Positions 39,838-40,005 of a stretch of 40,005 bases of DNA are shown piece by piece. The notes beneath the pieces were generated by a model that was not told the DNA's origin, did no database searches, and saw only the letters and a program-made list of their open reading frames with translations. Source of the stretch: an uncultured Actinomycetes bacterium (GTDB lineage Bacteria; Actinomycetota; CALGFH01); NCBI GenBank assembly GCA_937881255.1, contig CALGFH010000139.1:1-40005 (forward strand), written 5' to 3'. The position numbers were made by a program, and so were the translations under genes. Within the stretch, counting starts at the first letter, position 1; each line of letters begins with the position of its first letter.

Positions 39838-39874
39838 CGAACGGGCCCCGGCCGTCGTGGCCGGGGCCCGTTCG
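39838..39874. terminator. 16-bp perfect GC-rich hairpin between convergent genes (possible bidirectional terminator)
   Basis: CGAACGGGCCCCGGCC-GTCGT-GGCCGGGGCCCGTTCG. Only a short TTCGTT follows, so it is not a classical U-tract terminator. Confidence 0.55.
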
Positions 39875-39893
39875 TTCGTGCGGGTGGAGCGAG

Positions 39894-40005
39894 CTACATG
39901 CCCATGCCGTGCGGGTGGCCGTGGCCACCGGCGGCGCCGGCCTCCTCCTTCTCCTCCGGCTTGTCCACGACCAGGGTCTCGGTCGTGAGCAGCAGCGAGG
40001 CGATG
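39894..40005 (-). CDS. groEL: chaperonin GroEL, 3' end only (the gene continues beyond the window)
   Basis: The reverse strand translates to [36 protein letters not shown]. This is the GroEL C-terminal segment with a His-rich tail. Confidence 0.85.
   Translation of the reverse strand, partial: IASLLLTTETLVVDKPEEKEEAGAAGGHGHPHGMGM

Overview
This is a high-GC (about 70-78% in hand-counted lines) Actinobacteria-type chromosomal segment. It is densely packed with about 42 protein genes and shows no rRNA, tRNA or CRISPR. The backbone is housekeeping: ispH, pcrA, guaA, a guaB3-like gene, an Rv3412-like gene, thiO-thiS-thiG-thiE behind a TPP riboswitch, and the 3' end of groEL. Around it lie hutF plus an M20 amidohydrolase, a TetR-MFS-ABC efflux operon, an ABC ATPase/permease pair, a ZIP transporter, a YdbS/YdbT PH-domain pair, a MoaD-like plus BNR-propeller pair, a ugd-uxs-HAD nucleotide-sugar operon and a D,D-carboxypeptidase. 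Most of the very long Arg/Pro/Gly-rich ORFs in the six-frame track are high-GC antisense or out-of-frame artefacts. Main second-look items: (1) a complete 462-aa LAGLIDADG intein splits the UDP-glucuronate decarboxylase at the RIFN|TYGP motif. (2) A perfect actinobacterial LexA box (TCGAAC-N4-GTTCGA) precedes an unknown 89-aa ORF, followed by a 400-bp gene-free region with about 10 degenerate 20-nt tandem hairpin repeats. (3) A structured leader with a canonical intrinsic terminator precedes a small Cys/His ORF lying antisense between guaB3 and guaA. (4) A roughly 60-90-nt element and a 12-mer (CTGTGGACAGCG) recur in an operon spacer and inside the carboxypeptidase gene. (5) Three single-nucleotide homopolymer frameshifts occur, two in an SDR and one at the pcrA 3' end. 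All functional calls come from motif recognition by eye; no database search was run.
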